Source of the DNA: an uncultured Burkholderiales bacterium
GTDB taxonomy: Bacteria > Pseudomonadota > Gammaproteobacteria > Burkholderiales > Burkholderiaceae_C
NCBI GenBank assembly: GCA_937873395.1
Contig: CALMYH010000002.1
Location: 1,961 to 65,960, forward strand
Reading direction: 5' to 3'
DNA length: 64,000 bases
The position numbers and the translations under genes were made by a program. This document shows, one piece after another, positions 18,482 through 26,975 of this stretch. Numbering within the stretch: the first letter of the stretch is position 1; each line of letters begins with the position of its first letter. The notes beneath the pieces were generated by a model. That model had not been told where the DNA came from and searched no databases. It saw only the letters and a program-made list of their open reading frames with translations.

Positions 18482-19246
18482 TCAGCGCGGGGCCATGCGC
18501 AGGGCGCCATCGAGGCGGATCACCTCACCGTTGAGGTGGCCATTGCTGACGATGTGCGCCGCCAGCTGTGCAAACTCCTCGGGCTTGCCCAGGCGCTGCG
18601 GGAAGGGAATGCTCCTGGCCAGCGACTCCTGCACCGGCTCGGGCAGTTCCTTGAGCAGGGGTGTGGCAAACAGGCCGGGCGCGATGGTGCAGACACGGAT
18701 CCCGTGCTGGGCCAGGTCGCGTGCCATGGGCAGTGTCATGCCGACCACACCGGCCTTGGAGGCGCTGTAGGCCTGCTGGCCCACCTGCCCGTCGAACGCA
18801 GCCACGCTGGCGGTGAACACCATCACGCCGCGCTCGCCGTCTTCCATCGGGTCCAGCTTTGCGCAGGCGGAGGCAAACAGCCGGGCGGCGTTGTAGGTGC
18901 CGATCAGGTTGACGTTGATCACGCGCGCAAAGTCGGCCAGCGGGGCGGCGTTGCCGTCCTTGCCGACCACGCGCTTGGCGCTGCCGATGCCGGCGATCTG
19001 CATCAGGATGCGGGCTGGACCGTGGACCGCGGCGGCCTGTTCGATGGCGGCCTGCATGCTGGCTTCGTCGGTCACGTTGCACTGCACGGCCACACCGCCG
19101 ATGTCGGCTGCCACTCGCCTCGCATTTTCGACATTGAGGTCCAGCACCGCGACCTTGGCGCCCAAGCGGGCCAGCTCGCGCGCGGTGGCCTCGCCGAGGC
19201 CCGATCCGCCACCGGTGACGAGGGCAGCATGTCCTTGGATGTTCAT
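18482..19246 (-). CDS. SDR-family 3-hydroxyacyl-CoA dehydrogenase
   Basis: It has the cofactor motif TGGGSGLG and the catalytic YSASKAG. The start is at MNIQGHAALV. Confidence 0.9.
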   Translation of the reverse strand: MNIQGHAALVTGGGSGLGEATARELARLGAKVAVLDLNVENARRVAADIGGVAVQCNVTDEASMQAAIEQAAAVHGPARILMQIAGIGSAKRVVGKDGNAAPLADFARVINVNLIGTYNAARLFASACAKLDPMEDGERGVMVFTASVAAFDGQVGQQAYSASKAGVVGMTLPMARDLAQHGIRVCTIAPGLFATPLLKELPEPVQESLARSIPFPQRLGKPEEFAQLAAHIVSNGHLNGEVIRLDGALRMAPR

Positions 19247-19257
19247 GGGGTGTCCTT

Positions 19258-20505
19258 TCAGGCGTTCATGTTCTCGATCAGCAGGGCGATGCCCTGGCCA
19301 CCGCCCACACAGGCGCTGGAGATGCCGTACTTCAGCCCGCTGCGCTGCAGCTCGCGCGCCAGCGTGAGGGTCAGGCGCACGCCGGTGGCGGCCAGCGGGT
19401 GGCCCAGGGCGATGGCGCCGCCGTTGACGTTGAGCTTGCCGATGTCCATGCCCAGGTCCTTGGCGACCGACAGGGTCTGTGTGCCCTGGGCTTCGTTGAC
19501 CTCGAAGCGGCCGATGTCGTCGAGCTTGAGGCCGGTACGCTCCAGCAGCAGGCGGATGGCGGGCGCCGGTCCGATGCCCATGATCTCGGGCGGCACGCCC
19601 ACCACGGCGGCGGCCACCACGCGAGCCAGCGGTGCCTTGCCCTGTGCCTTGGCGTAGGCGCCCGAACTCACCACACAGGCCGCTGCGGCATCCACCAATG
19701 CCGAGCTGTTGCCACCGGTCTGGACACCGCCCTCGAACACCGGCTTGAGCTTGGCCAGGATCTCGACCGGGGAGATGCGCGGGTGGGTGTCGGTGGCCAG
19801 CTCGGTCACCTTGCCCTGCAGCCGGATGCCGCGCGCCTTGTAACCATCGATCTCGAATTTTTCGGTGACCAGCGGTGCGATCTCGCCGGCCAGGAAGCCG
19901 CTTTCCTGCGCGGCCACCGCCTTGGCAAAGGAGGCCGAGGCGAACTCGTCGACCGACTCGCGGGTGATGCCGTACTTCTTCGCCAGGTTCTCGGCGGTCT
20001 GGATCATGTTGATGCCGGCCGCCGGGTCCTTCAGGGCTTCCCACATGTAGTCCTTGAAGCCCACCGGTGCACCCAGCTTGAAGCCGGTGCGGTGGTCGAA
20101 GGCCGCAATCGGGTTGCGCGTCATGTTCTCGGTGCCCACCACCAGCGCCGCGTCGCACAGGCCGCCGCTGATGTGCTCGCCGGCCTGGCGGAACAGCTCG
20201 AAGCCGGTGCCACAGATGCGCTGCGCCATCAGCGCTGGCACGTTCACCGGCACGCCGGCGTACAGGCCGATGTGGCGCGGCAGGAAGAACTGGTCGAAGT
20301 CGCCGGGCGCCATGTTGCCAGTGACGACCGAGCCGACTTCTTCGGGGCGCGTGCCGGTGCGCGCCAGCGCTTCGCGTGCCACCTTGATGCCCAGATCGGT
20401 GGGCGAGATGTGCCCGAGGGCACCGCAGTAGTCGACCATGGGGGTGCGCACACCGCCGAGGATGACGACATCATCGAATGCGTTGAAGAAGCCTTTGCTG
20501 GCCAT
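19258..20505 (-). CDS. Thiolase (acetyl-CoA C-acyltransferase)
   Basis: Thiolase signatures are present (QRICGTGF, NVNGGAIALGHPLAATG, CVGGGQG). The start is at MASKGFFNAF. Confidence 0.9.
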   Translation of the reverse strand: MASKGFFNAFDDVVILGGVRTPMVDYCGALGHISPTDLGIKVAREALARTGTRPEEVGSVVTGNMAPGDFDQFFLPRHIGLYAGVPVNVPALMAQRICGTGFELFRQAGEHISGGLCDAALVVGTENMTRNPIAAFDHRTGFKLGAPVGFKDYMWEALKDPAAGINMIQTAENLAKKYGITRESVDEFASASFAKAVAAQESGFLAGEIAPLVTEKFEIDGYKARGIRLQGKVTELATDTHPRISPVEILAKLKPVFEGGVQTGGNSSALVDAAAACVVSSGAYAKAQGKAPLARVVAAAVVGVPPEIMGIGPAPAIRLLLERTGLKLDDIGRFEVNEAQGTQTLSVAKDLGMDIGKLNVNGGAIALGHPLAATGVRLTLTLARELQRSGLKYGISSACVGGGQGIALLIENMNA

Positions 20506-20516
20506 GGTGATGCCTT

Positions 20517-22373
20517 TCAGACGCCAGGTTTGATGATGTAGCGCAGCTCGTCGGCGTGCAGCTTGGCCACCGTGTCTGCGCGATGCGACAGCACGGAACG
20601 CTGATTGATGGAGCCCTTGTCGGTGATCTCGCCGCGGTCGATGGTGGGCGGATCGGCCAGCAGGCACAGGCGGGCGATGCGGTTGGCACTGCCGGTCGAT
20701 GCGCGAGCCAGGTCGTCGACCACGGTCTGGAAGTGGGCGAGCACGCCCGGGTCATCCAGCACGTCGTGCAATGAGGCGTCGGCCGGCAGGGAGGCCAGCT
20801 GACGCACGGCCGGGGTCGGGAACACCATGGCGCCGACCTCTTTCATGTTCAGCCCGGTCAGCACCACGTCCTGGATGTAGGGCGCACCGGCGGCGATGAT
20901 CTTGCCGCGCAGCGGACCGACGCTGACAAAGGTGCCGGTGGCGAGCTTGAAGTCCTCGGCGATGCGGCCGTCGAACTTCAGGCCCTGGTGGATGTCGGTT
21001 TCATCGATCCATTTGACGGCATCGCCAGTCTTGAAGAAGCCTTCCTCGTCGAAGGATTCGGCCGTCTCATCCGGCATGCGCCAGTAGCCGGGGGTGATGT
21101 TGGGGCCGCGGTAGCGAACTTCGGTTTTCCCCTCGGTGTCCACCAGCTTGAGTTCCAGACCCGGCGTGGGCAGGCCCAGGTCGCCGGCGCGAACGTTGGG
21201 GCTGGTGACGAAGATGCCGAACGGGCCGGACTCGGTCATGCCCAGGCCGGTGCCCATCACGATGCGTTCACCCACTTCCCGTTCCTGGCTTTCGAACAGG
21301 CTGTCCCAGATGGGTTGGGCCAGCGCCGCACCGGCGTAGAAGAACATGCGCACCTTGGAAAGCAAGGTCTTGCGCAACAGGTCGTCGGTCTTCATGGCGT
21401 TCGCGATCGCCTCGAAGCCGGTAGGCACATTGAAATAGACCGTCGGGGCGATCTCGCGCAGGTTGCGCAGGGTCTCGGCCATCAACGCCGGGGTGGGTTT
21501 GCCGTCGTCGATGTAGAGCGTGCCACCGTTGTAGATGACCATGCCGAAGTTGTGGTTGCCACCGAAGGTGTGGTTCCAGGGCAGCCAGTCCACCAGCACC
21601 AGTTCGCCCTCGGTGAGCACCGGCATCGACTGGGTCATCTGTTGCTGGTTGGCGCACCACATGCGCTGGGTGTTGATGACCGCCTTGGGCATCTTGGTCG
21701 AACCCGAAGTGAACAGGAACTTGACCACCGTGTCGGGGCCGGTGGCTGCCATGGCGGCGTCAACCGCAGGTGTGGCCTCGGTGGCCAGCAGGGCGGCAAA
21801 CGAGGTGGTGGCGCGGCCAGGCACCGTGCCTTCGGTGCACACCAGTTCGACATCCTCGCCGATGGTGGCCAGCATGGCGCGTGCGTAGCGGCTGGCATCG
21901 CTGGCAAACACCAGGCCGGGGGTCAGCGTCTTGACCACATGTTTGAGCTTGTCGAAGTCCTGGCTGATCAGCGAATAGGGCGGTGAGGTCGGGCACCAGG
22001 GAATGCCGACGACCATGCAGCCCAGCGCCAGCAGAGCGTGCTCCAGGTCGTTCTCGCTGAGGATCAGCACCGGGCGTTCGGCCGACAGGCCGCGGTCGAG
22101 CAGGGCCTGCCCGATGCGCCGGGCGGCGTCCAGCGCCTGCGCAAAGCTGATGTGGCGCCAGTCCCCGCTGCTGCCGTCGGCGTTCTTCACGCGCCGGGCA
22201 AACAGGGTCTGGTCGGGGCGCTGCTCGGCCCAGTGGACGAGGCGGTCGGTCAGGCGAGCGGGAAAGGGCGCCAGTTCCTGGTCGGCGACCAGGTAGTGCA
22301 CACCGGTGTTGCCGTCACGCAGCGTGGCGCGGGTGACGCCGAAGGTCAGGGGGCGGTAGTGGGCGGTGCTCAT
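20517..22373 (-). CDS. fcs: Feruloyl-CoA synthetase-like AMP-dependent acyl-CoA ligase
   Basis: It is 618 aa with the AMP-binding motif FTSGSTKMPK. Its length and its C-terminal ADPPTIDRGEITDKGSIN region are typical of Fcs-type ligases. Confidence 0.8.
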   Translation of the reverse strand: MSTAHYRPLTFGVTRATLRDGNTGVHYLVADQELAPFPARLTDRLVHWAEQRPDQTLFARRVKNADGSSGDWRHISFAQALDAARRIGQALLDRGLSAERPVLILSENDLEHALLALGCMVVGIPWCPTSPPYSLISQDFDKLKHVVKTLTPGLVFASDASRYARAMLATIGEDVELVCTEGTVPGRATTSFAALLATEATPAVDAAMAATGPDTVVKFLFTSGSTKMPKAVINTQRMWCANQQQMTQSMPVLTEGELVLVDWLPWNHTFGGNHNFGMVIYNGGTLYIDDGKPTPALMAETLRNLREIAPTVYFNVPTGFEAIANAMKTDDLLRKTLLSKVRMFFYAGAALAQPIWDSLFESQEREVGERIVMGTGLGMTESGPFGIFVTSPNVRAGDLGLPTPGLELKLVDTEGKTEVRYRGPNITPGYWRMPDETAESFDEEGFFKTGDAVKWIDETDIHQGLKFDGRIAEDFKLATGTFVSVGPLRGKIIAAGAPYIQDVVLTGLNMKEVGAMVFPTPAVRQLASLPADASLHDVLDDPGVLAHFQTVVDDLARASTGSANRIARLCLLADPPTIDRGEITDKGSINQRSVLSHRADTVAKLHADELRYIIKPGV

Positions 22374-22424
22374 TTTGTCTCCCGATTCTTGTGTGGGGTG
22401 CCGATGCCGTGGACTGGTCAGGCC

Positions 22425-23210
22425 CTATTTCGAGACTTTCGCGGCCTTGCCCTCCAGGAAGGCGCGCACGCGTTCCTTGGCTTCGGGAGCGGACTGGGCG
22501 ATCGAGGCCATCAGTGCCTCGGTGAACAGGCCGTGATCGGCGGGCTGTTCGGCGATGCGCGGCAGGGCGTGCATGAGCGCGAAATTGGTCATGGGTGCGT
22601 TGGTAGCGATGCGTCCGGCCAGCTCCAGCGCTTTGTCCAGAGCTGTTCCCTGTGGAACCACGTATTGCGACAGACCGATGCGTTCTCCCTCCGCGGCGTT
22701 GTAGACCCGACCGGTCAGCATCATGTCGGCCATTCTGGCGGCACCGATCAGCTTGGGGACACGCACCGAACCACCACCACCGACGAAGATGCCGCGCGTG
22801 CCTTCAGGCAGGGCATAGAAGGTGGATTCGTCGGCCACCCGGATGTGGCAGGCGCTGGCCAGTTCCAGGCCCCCGCCGACGACGGCGCCGTGGAGGGCGG
22901 CCACCACGGGCACGGAGCCTTTCTCGACACAGTCCAGTGCGGCGTGCCACATGCGCGAATGGAACACGCCATCAGATGCGTCGCGCTCGCTCAGTTCCGA
23001 CAGGTCCAGGCCCGCGCAGAAGTGCTCGCCTTCCCCGTCGATCACCGCCGCGCGCACACTTGGCGGGAGGTTCTGGAAGGTGTCTCGGATGGACAGGATC
23101 AACCCGTCATTCAACGCATTGCGCTTGAGCGGTCGGGTCAACCGCACGAGCGCGACCTGCTGTTGGTCACCGACGAGGCTCACGGACAGATCGGGGTTGG
23201 CATTATTCAT
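22425..23210 (-). CDS. Enoyl-CoA hydratase/isomerase (crotonase)
   Basis: The crotonase fold is present (FCAGLDL, GAVVGGGLELA). It does not look like the HCHL/Ech lyase subtype. Confidence 0.88.
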   Translation of the reverse strand: MNNANPDLSVSLVGDQQQVALVRLTRPLKRNALNDGLILSIRDTFQNLPPSVRAAVIDGEGEHFCAGLDLSELSERDASDGVFHSRMWHAALDCVEKGSVPVVAALHGAVVGGGLELASACHIRVADESTFYALPEGTRGIFVGGGGSVRVPKLIGAARMADMMLTGRVYNAAEGERIGLSQYVVPQGTALDKALELAGRIATNAPMTNFALMHALPRIAEQPADHGLFTEALMASIAQSAPEAKERVRAFLEGKAAKVSK

Positions 23211-23249
23211 GGAACAGGGGAAATCTGGCTTGTGGAATTGATGGATTGT

Positions 23250-23265
23250 GGTTATAAACAGTAAC
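23250..23265. promoter_or_regulatory. AT-rich operator-like motif GGTTATAAACAGTAAC (copy 1)
   Basis: It lies in the divergent promoter region between the hydratase operon and the amidohydrolase gene. It is nearly identical to 26890..26906. Confidence 0.5.
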
Positions 23266-23273
23266 TAAATCAA

Positions 23274-23297
23274 GAGTTGATCGATGGCCATCAACTC
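23274..23297. promoter_or_regulatory. Inverted repeat GAGTTGAT-N8-ATCAACTC
   Basis: The 8-bp arms are perfect. The repeat sits 40 nt upstream of the amidohydrolase ATG. Confidence 0.4.
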
Positions 23298-23336
23298 AGT
23301 GTTTTCCCCTAGTGCCGACCACAACGAGGAGCTCAG

Positions 23337-24200
23337 ATGGATCATCAGAACCTGATCGCGATCGACATCCACACCCACGCCGAGGTGAGCTGCTGGAACC
23401 CGTTCGACAACTACGGCGAGGAATACGACCGCGCGGCCGACAAGTATTTCGGCAGCGACCGCCGCCCCACCATTGCAGAGACCATCGCCTACTATCGCGA
23501 GCGCAAGATCGGGCTGGTGATGTTCACCGTGGACAGCGAGAGCAAACTGGGTCGCCGACGTATTCCCAACGAGGAGATCGCGCAGGCCGCGCGCGAGAAC
23601 AGCGACATGATGATGGCGTTTGCCAGCATCGACCCGCACAAGGGCAAGATGGGCGCGCGCGAGGCCGAGCGCCTGATCAAGGAAGAAGGCGTCAAGGGCT
23701 TCAAGTTCCATCCCACGGTGCAGGGCTACCACCCCTACGACAAGATGGCCTGGCCGATCTACGAGGTGATCAACGCGCACAAGCTGCCGGCCATCTTCCA
23801 CACCGGCCACAGCGGCATCGGCAGCGGCATGCGCTGCGGCGGCGGGCTGCGCCTGGAGTACAGCAACCCCATGCACCTGGACGATGTGGCGATCGACTTC
23901 CCGGACATGCAGATCGTCATGGCGCACCCCAGCTTCCCCTGGCAGGACGAGGCGCTGTCGGTCGCCACGCACAAGCCCAACGTCTGGATCGACCTGAGCG
24001 GCTGGAGCCCGAAGTACTTTCCCAAGCAGCTGGTGCAGTACGCCAACACGCTGCTGAAGGACCGCATCCTCTTCGGCAGCGACTACCCCCTGATCACCCC
24101 CGAGCGCTGGATGAAGGACTTCGAGGTGGCCGGCTTCAAGCCCGAGGTGATGCCCGGCATCCTCAAGGGCAATGCGGTGCGCCTGCTGGGTCTGGCCTGA
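23337..24200 (+). CDS. Amidohydrolase-2 family metal-dependent hydrolase (possible beta-ketoacyl-CoA-cleaving enzyme of the hydroxycinnamate pathway)
   Basis: The HxH motif is in IDIHTHAE and further metal ligands lie in later strands. It is divergent from the fcs operon. Confidence 0.8.
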   Translation: MDHQNLIAIDIHTHAEVSCWNPFDNYGEEYDRAADKYFGSDRRPTIAETIAYYRERKIGLVMFTVDSESKLGRRRIPNEEIAQAARENSDMMMAFASIDPHKGKMGAREAERLIKEEGVKGFKFHPTVQGYHPYDKMAWPIYEVINAHKLPAIFHTGHSGIGSGMRCGGGLRLEYSNPMHLDDVAIDFPDMQIVMAHPSFPWQDEALSVATHKPNVWIDLSGWSPKYFPKQLVQYANTLLKDRILFGSDYPLITPERWMKDFEVAGFKPEVMPGILKGNAVRLLGLA

Positions 24201-24218
24201 CGCGCCAGGCGCTGGGCT

Positions 24219-25187
24219 TCAGAGGTCCAGCACCAGGCGCGCGCTCTTGGAGCGAGAGCAGCAGGGCAGGAACTGGTCGTTGGCGGCCTGTTCCTCGTCG
24301 GTCAGGTACTGGTCGCGGTGGTCGGGCGTGCCCGTCTTCACGCCGGTCAGGCAGGTGCCGCACACGCCCTGTTCGCAGGACATGGGAATGTCCAGTCCGG
24401 CCGCCAGCAGGGCGGCCAGTGCACTCTGGTCCGCGCGCACGGGAATGACGCGGCCGCTGCTGGCCAGCTCCAGCTCGAAACTGCCGTCGTCCGTGCGGTC
24501 CACCGGGGCCGCGGCGAAGTACTCGCGGTGCAGGCGTTCTTCGGGCCAGCCGGCGCCGCGACCGGCGTTCAGCACCGCATCCATGAAACCCTGCGGCCCG
24601 CACACATAGAGGTGGGTGCCGGTGGGCGCCTGCGTCAGTGTGGCGGCGATGTCCAGCTTTTGCGCCGCCTCGCCGTCGTCGAAGTGGTGCTGCACACGGT
24701 CGGCGTAGGCCGACGCGGCGAGGATTTCCACAAAGGGCGTGCGCTCGCGCGAGCGGGTGCAATGGTGCAGGGTGAACGAGCCGCCGCTTTGCGCCAGTTG
24801 TTCGGCCATGGCCCACAGCGGCGTGATGCCGATGCCACCGGCCAGCAGCAGGTGGTGGGGTGCTGAGGGCGCCAGTTCGAAGTGGTTGCGCGGCGCGCTG
24901 ATGGACAGTTCGGTGCCCACGCTCAGCGCGTCGTGCACCGCCTGCGAGCCGCCGCGCGAGGCCGCATCGCGCAGCACCGCGATGCGGTAGACACCCGCGT
25001 CGCCCGGCGGGTTGCACAGCGAATATTGCCGGATCAACCCCCCCGGCAGGTGCAGGTCGATGTGGGCGCCGGCCGTGAAGGCGGGCAGCGCGCCGCCATC
25101 GGCCGCCACCAGGTCCAGGCCGATGATGTCCAGCGCCTCGCTGCGGCGGGCCGCCACGCGCGCCGCGATCAGCGCCGTATCGCTCAT
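24219..25187 (-). CDS. vanB: Vanillate O-demethylase oxidoreductase subunit (FMN/NAD-binding plus plant-type 2Fe-2S)
   Basis: It has RQYSLCN, LLAGGIGITP and the C-terminal motif CEQGVCGTCLT...LPCCS. The start at 25187 overlaps the vanA stop by 4 nt. Confidence 0.9.
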   Translation of the reverse strand: MSDTALIAARVAARRSEALDIIGLDLVAADGGALPAFTAGAHIDLHLPGGLIRQYSLCNPPGDAGVYRIAVLRDAASRGGSQAVHDALSVGTELSISAPRNHFELAPSAPHHLLLAGGIGITPLWAMAEQLAQSGGSFTLHHCTRSRERTPFVEILAASAYADRVQHHFDDGEAAQKLDIAATLTQAPTGTHLYVCGPQGFMDAVLNAGRGAGWPEERLHREYFAAAPVDRTDDGSFELELASSGRVIPVRADQSALAALLAAGLDIPMSCEQGVCGTCLTGVKTGTPDHRDQYLTDEEQAANDQFLPCCSRSKSARLVLDL

Positions 25188-26224
25188 GCCGCCACGCCTT
25201 GCTCGTTGGCCAGGATGCGATCGATCAGCTTGCGCGACTGCACGCCACCCGCATCGATGTTGAGCATCAGCAGCTTGCGCTCGGGGAAGGCGCTGAGGTT
25301 CTTCTGCTGGCGCTCCAGCATCTCCAGGTCTTCCGCGAAGATCTTGCCCTGGCCTTCGCGGATCTGCTCGGTCAGGCTGGCGTCGGCCGGCTTGAACTTG
25401 CGCGCCATGCCCCAGAAGTAGTGCATGGAGGTGTCGGTTTCCGGGGTGATGAAATCCACCACCCAGCTGGCGGCCTTCACCGCGTCGGGCGCGGCGTAGC
25501 CCCCGTGGCCGGCCAGGGCCACGCCCACTTCGATCATGACGTGGCTGGGCGGCGTGAAGTGGCAGATCTGCCAGCGGTCCACCGGCTGGTCGTCGGGCAG
25601 GCCGTTCATGCGCAGGGCCATCTTCCAGAACGGCGGTGCCTCGATGCCCTCCATGAAGCGCTCGGTGATCACGTGCTCGCCCTCGACGCGGGTCTTGCAG
25701 GGCACCTCGTCGATTTCCTTCTGTCCGATGCTGTTGCTGTGCACATAGGTCTCGTGCGTCAGGTCCATCAGGTTGTCGATCATGAGCCGGTAGTCGCAGG
25801 CGATGTGGTACAGGCCACCGCCGTAACCGAAGGCCGGGTTGCCCATCCACTCGAAGGCCGGCACCAGGGCCACGTCGGCCTGGGTGGCATCACCCGGCCA
25901 GACCCAGACGAAGCCGTGCGCCTCGTGCACCGGGTAGCTGCCGATGGCCGGAAACCCCCGAACCCGCTGGCAGGGCATGGACACGGTCTTGCCATCGCTG
26001 CCCATGGCCAGGCCGTGGTAGCCGCAGACCAGGGTGTTGCCCTGCACGAAACCCAGCGACAAGGGTGCGCCGCGGTGGGGGCAGAAGTCTTCCACCGCCG
26101 CGACCTGGCCGGCGCTGTTGCGAAAGAAGGCCATGGCCCGGTTGCAGATGCGCCGGCCCAGCGGGCGTTCGGTGCCGACCTCGTCACTGCGGGCGGCCAC
26201 GTACCAGGTATTGAGGGGAAACAT
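25184..26224 (-). CDS. vanA: Vanillate O-demethylase oxygenase subunit (Rieske)
   Basis: It has the Rieske motif CPHRGAPL...CGYHG and the mononuclear iron region DNLMDLTHETYVH. The start is at MFPLNTWY, with GGAG 11 nt upstream. Confidence 0.9.
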   Translation of the reverse strand: MFPLNTWYVAARSDEVGTERPLGRRICNRAMAFFRNSAGQVAAVEDFCPHRGAPLSLGFVQGNTLVCGYHGLAMGSDGKTVSMPCQRVRGFPAIGSYPVHEAHGFVWVWPGDATQADVALVPAFEWMGNPAFGYGGGLYHIACDYRLMIDNLMDLTHETYVHSNSIGQKEIDEVPCKTRVEGEHVITERFMEGIEAPPFWKMALRMNGLPDDQPVDRWQICHFTPPSHVMIEVGVALAGHGGYAAPDAVKAASWVVDFITPETDTSMHYFWGMARKFKPADASLTEQIREGQGKIFAEDLEMLERQQKNLSAFPERKLLMLNIDAGGVQSRKLIDRILANEQGVAA

Positions 26225-26252
26225 GAGGGGGGTCTCCACGGGTGGATGGTTA

Positions 26253-26270
26253 CATTCAGTATACTGAATG
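26253..26270. promoter_or_regulatory. Perfect 18-bp palindrome CATTCAGTATACTGAATG upstream of vanA
   Basis: The sequence is its own reverse complement. It sits between the MarR stop (26312) and the vanA start (26224). Confidence 0.55.
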
Positions 26271-26311
26271 ATATGAAAGTGTAGGCGTGCTGCTCGCCTT
26301 CGCCAAGGGGT

Positions 26312-26767
26312 TCAGGCCTCGGGTTTTCCCTCGGGGTGTTCAGGGGCGACGCCGGTGAACTTGGCCAGCAGCCGCACGAACTCGGTCTGTTCGTCGGGAG
26401 TGAGTGTCTCCAGCAGGCGCTCGTACATGGGGTCAACCCGCGGCAGCATATCGGCCAGCACGGCCTGTCCTTCGGGCGTCAGGTGAAGGCTGCGCTGGCG
26501 CCGGGCCAGCAGTTCGCGCACGATCCAGCCCTTGGTCTCCAGCCGGGAGGCAATGTCGGCCGTGGTGGAGGTGTCCAGCGCCACCTGTTCGGCCAGGGTC
26601 ACCTGGTCGATGCCAGGGCTGGCCTCCAGAGCCCGCAGCACGGCGTACTGCACCGGCGTGACCTGTCGTCCGTGCACCTCATGGAAGGTGGCCACGGCCA
26701 ATTGGTGGGCGCGCCGGATCAGGTGACCGGGTTCGTCCAGCAGTTGTCGGTCGAAACGGTGTGTCAC
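26312..26767 (-). CDS. MarR family transcriptional regulator
   Basis: It has a GTG start. The wHTH reads VTPVQYAVLRALEASPGIDQVTLAEQVALDTSTTADIASRLETKGWIVR. Confidence 0.85.
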   Translation of the reverse strand: MTHRFDRQLLDEPGHLIRRAHQLAVATFHEVHGRQVTPVQYAVLRALEASPGIDQVTLAEQVALDTSTTADIASRLETKGWIVRELLARRQRSLHLTPEGQAVLADMLPRVDPMYERLLETLTPDEQTEFVRLLAKFTGVAPEHPEGKPEA

Positions 26768-26889
26768 GGGGCCGGAGCATACGGGATCGGGGGATACACC
26801 TCTGATGATCGTCCATCAGGACGCGCAATGATGAGGTCGGGAAGACCTTGTGTCATAGGGTTTATCCCCATGGGAATTGCCGATTCAAT

Positions 26890-26906
26890 GGTTATAAACA
26901 ATAACC
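26890..26906. promoter_or_regulatory. AT-rich operator-like motif GGTTATAAACAATAACC (copy 2)
   Basis: It forms the inverted repeat GGTTAT-N5-ATAACC. It lies between the divergent MarR and dctP1 genes. Confidence 0.5.
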
Positions 26907-26975
26907 AAGAGCCTGATGGCGGCTCGTCCGTCCTGTCAAGGACATTTGTGGTTCACCCATTCACCGGAGACTCCG

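Noticed and set aside
22425-23210. The crotonase as feruloyl-CoA hydratase/lyase (Ech/HCHL), implying a vanillin route.
   Set aside because: The sequence looks like a generic enoyl-CoA hydratase, and it is accompanied by a dehydrogenase, a thiolase and a thioesterase. No vanillin dehydrogenase is present. The beta-oxidative interpretation fits better, although only an assay can settle it.
23274-23297. Reading the TTGAT...ATCAA dyad as a canonical FNR/CRP box, which would tie the aromatic cluster to the Crp/Fnr gene at 4910.
   Set aside because: The half-site spacing is 8 nt rather than the 4 nt of FNR sites or the 6 nt of CRP sites. I keep it only as an unassigned dyad.
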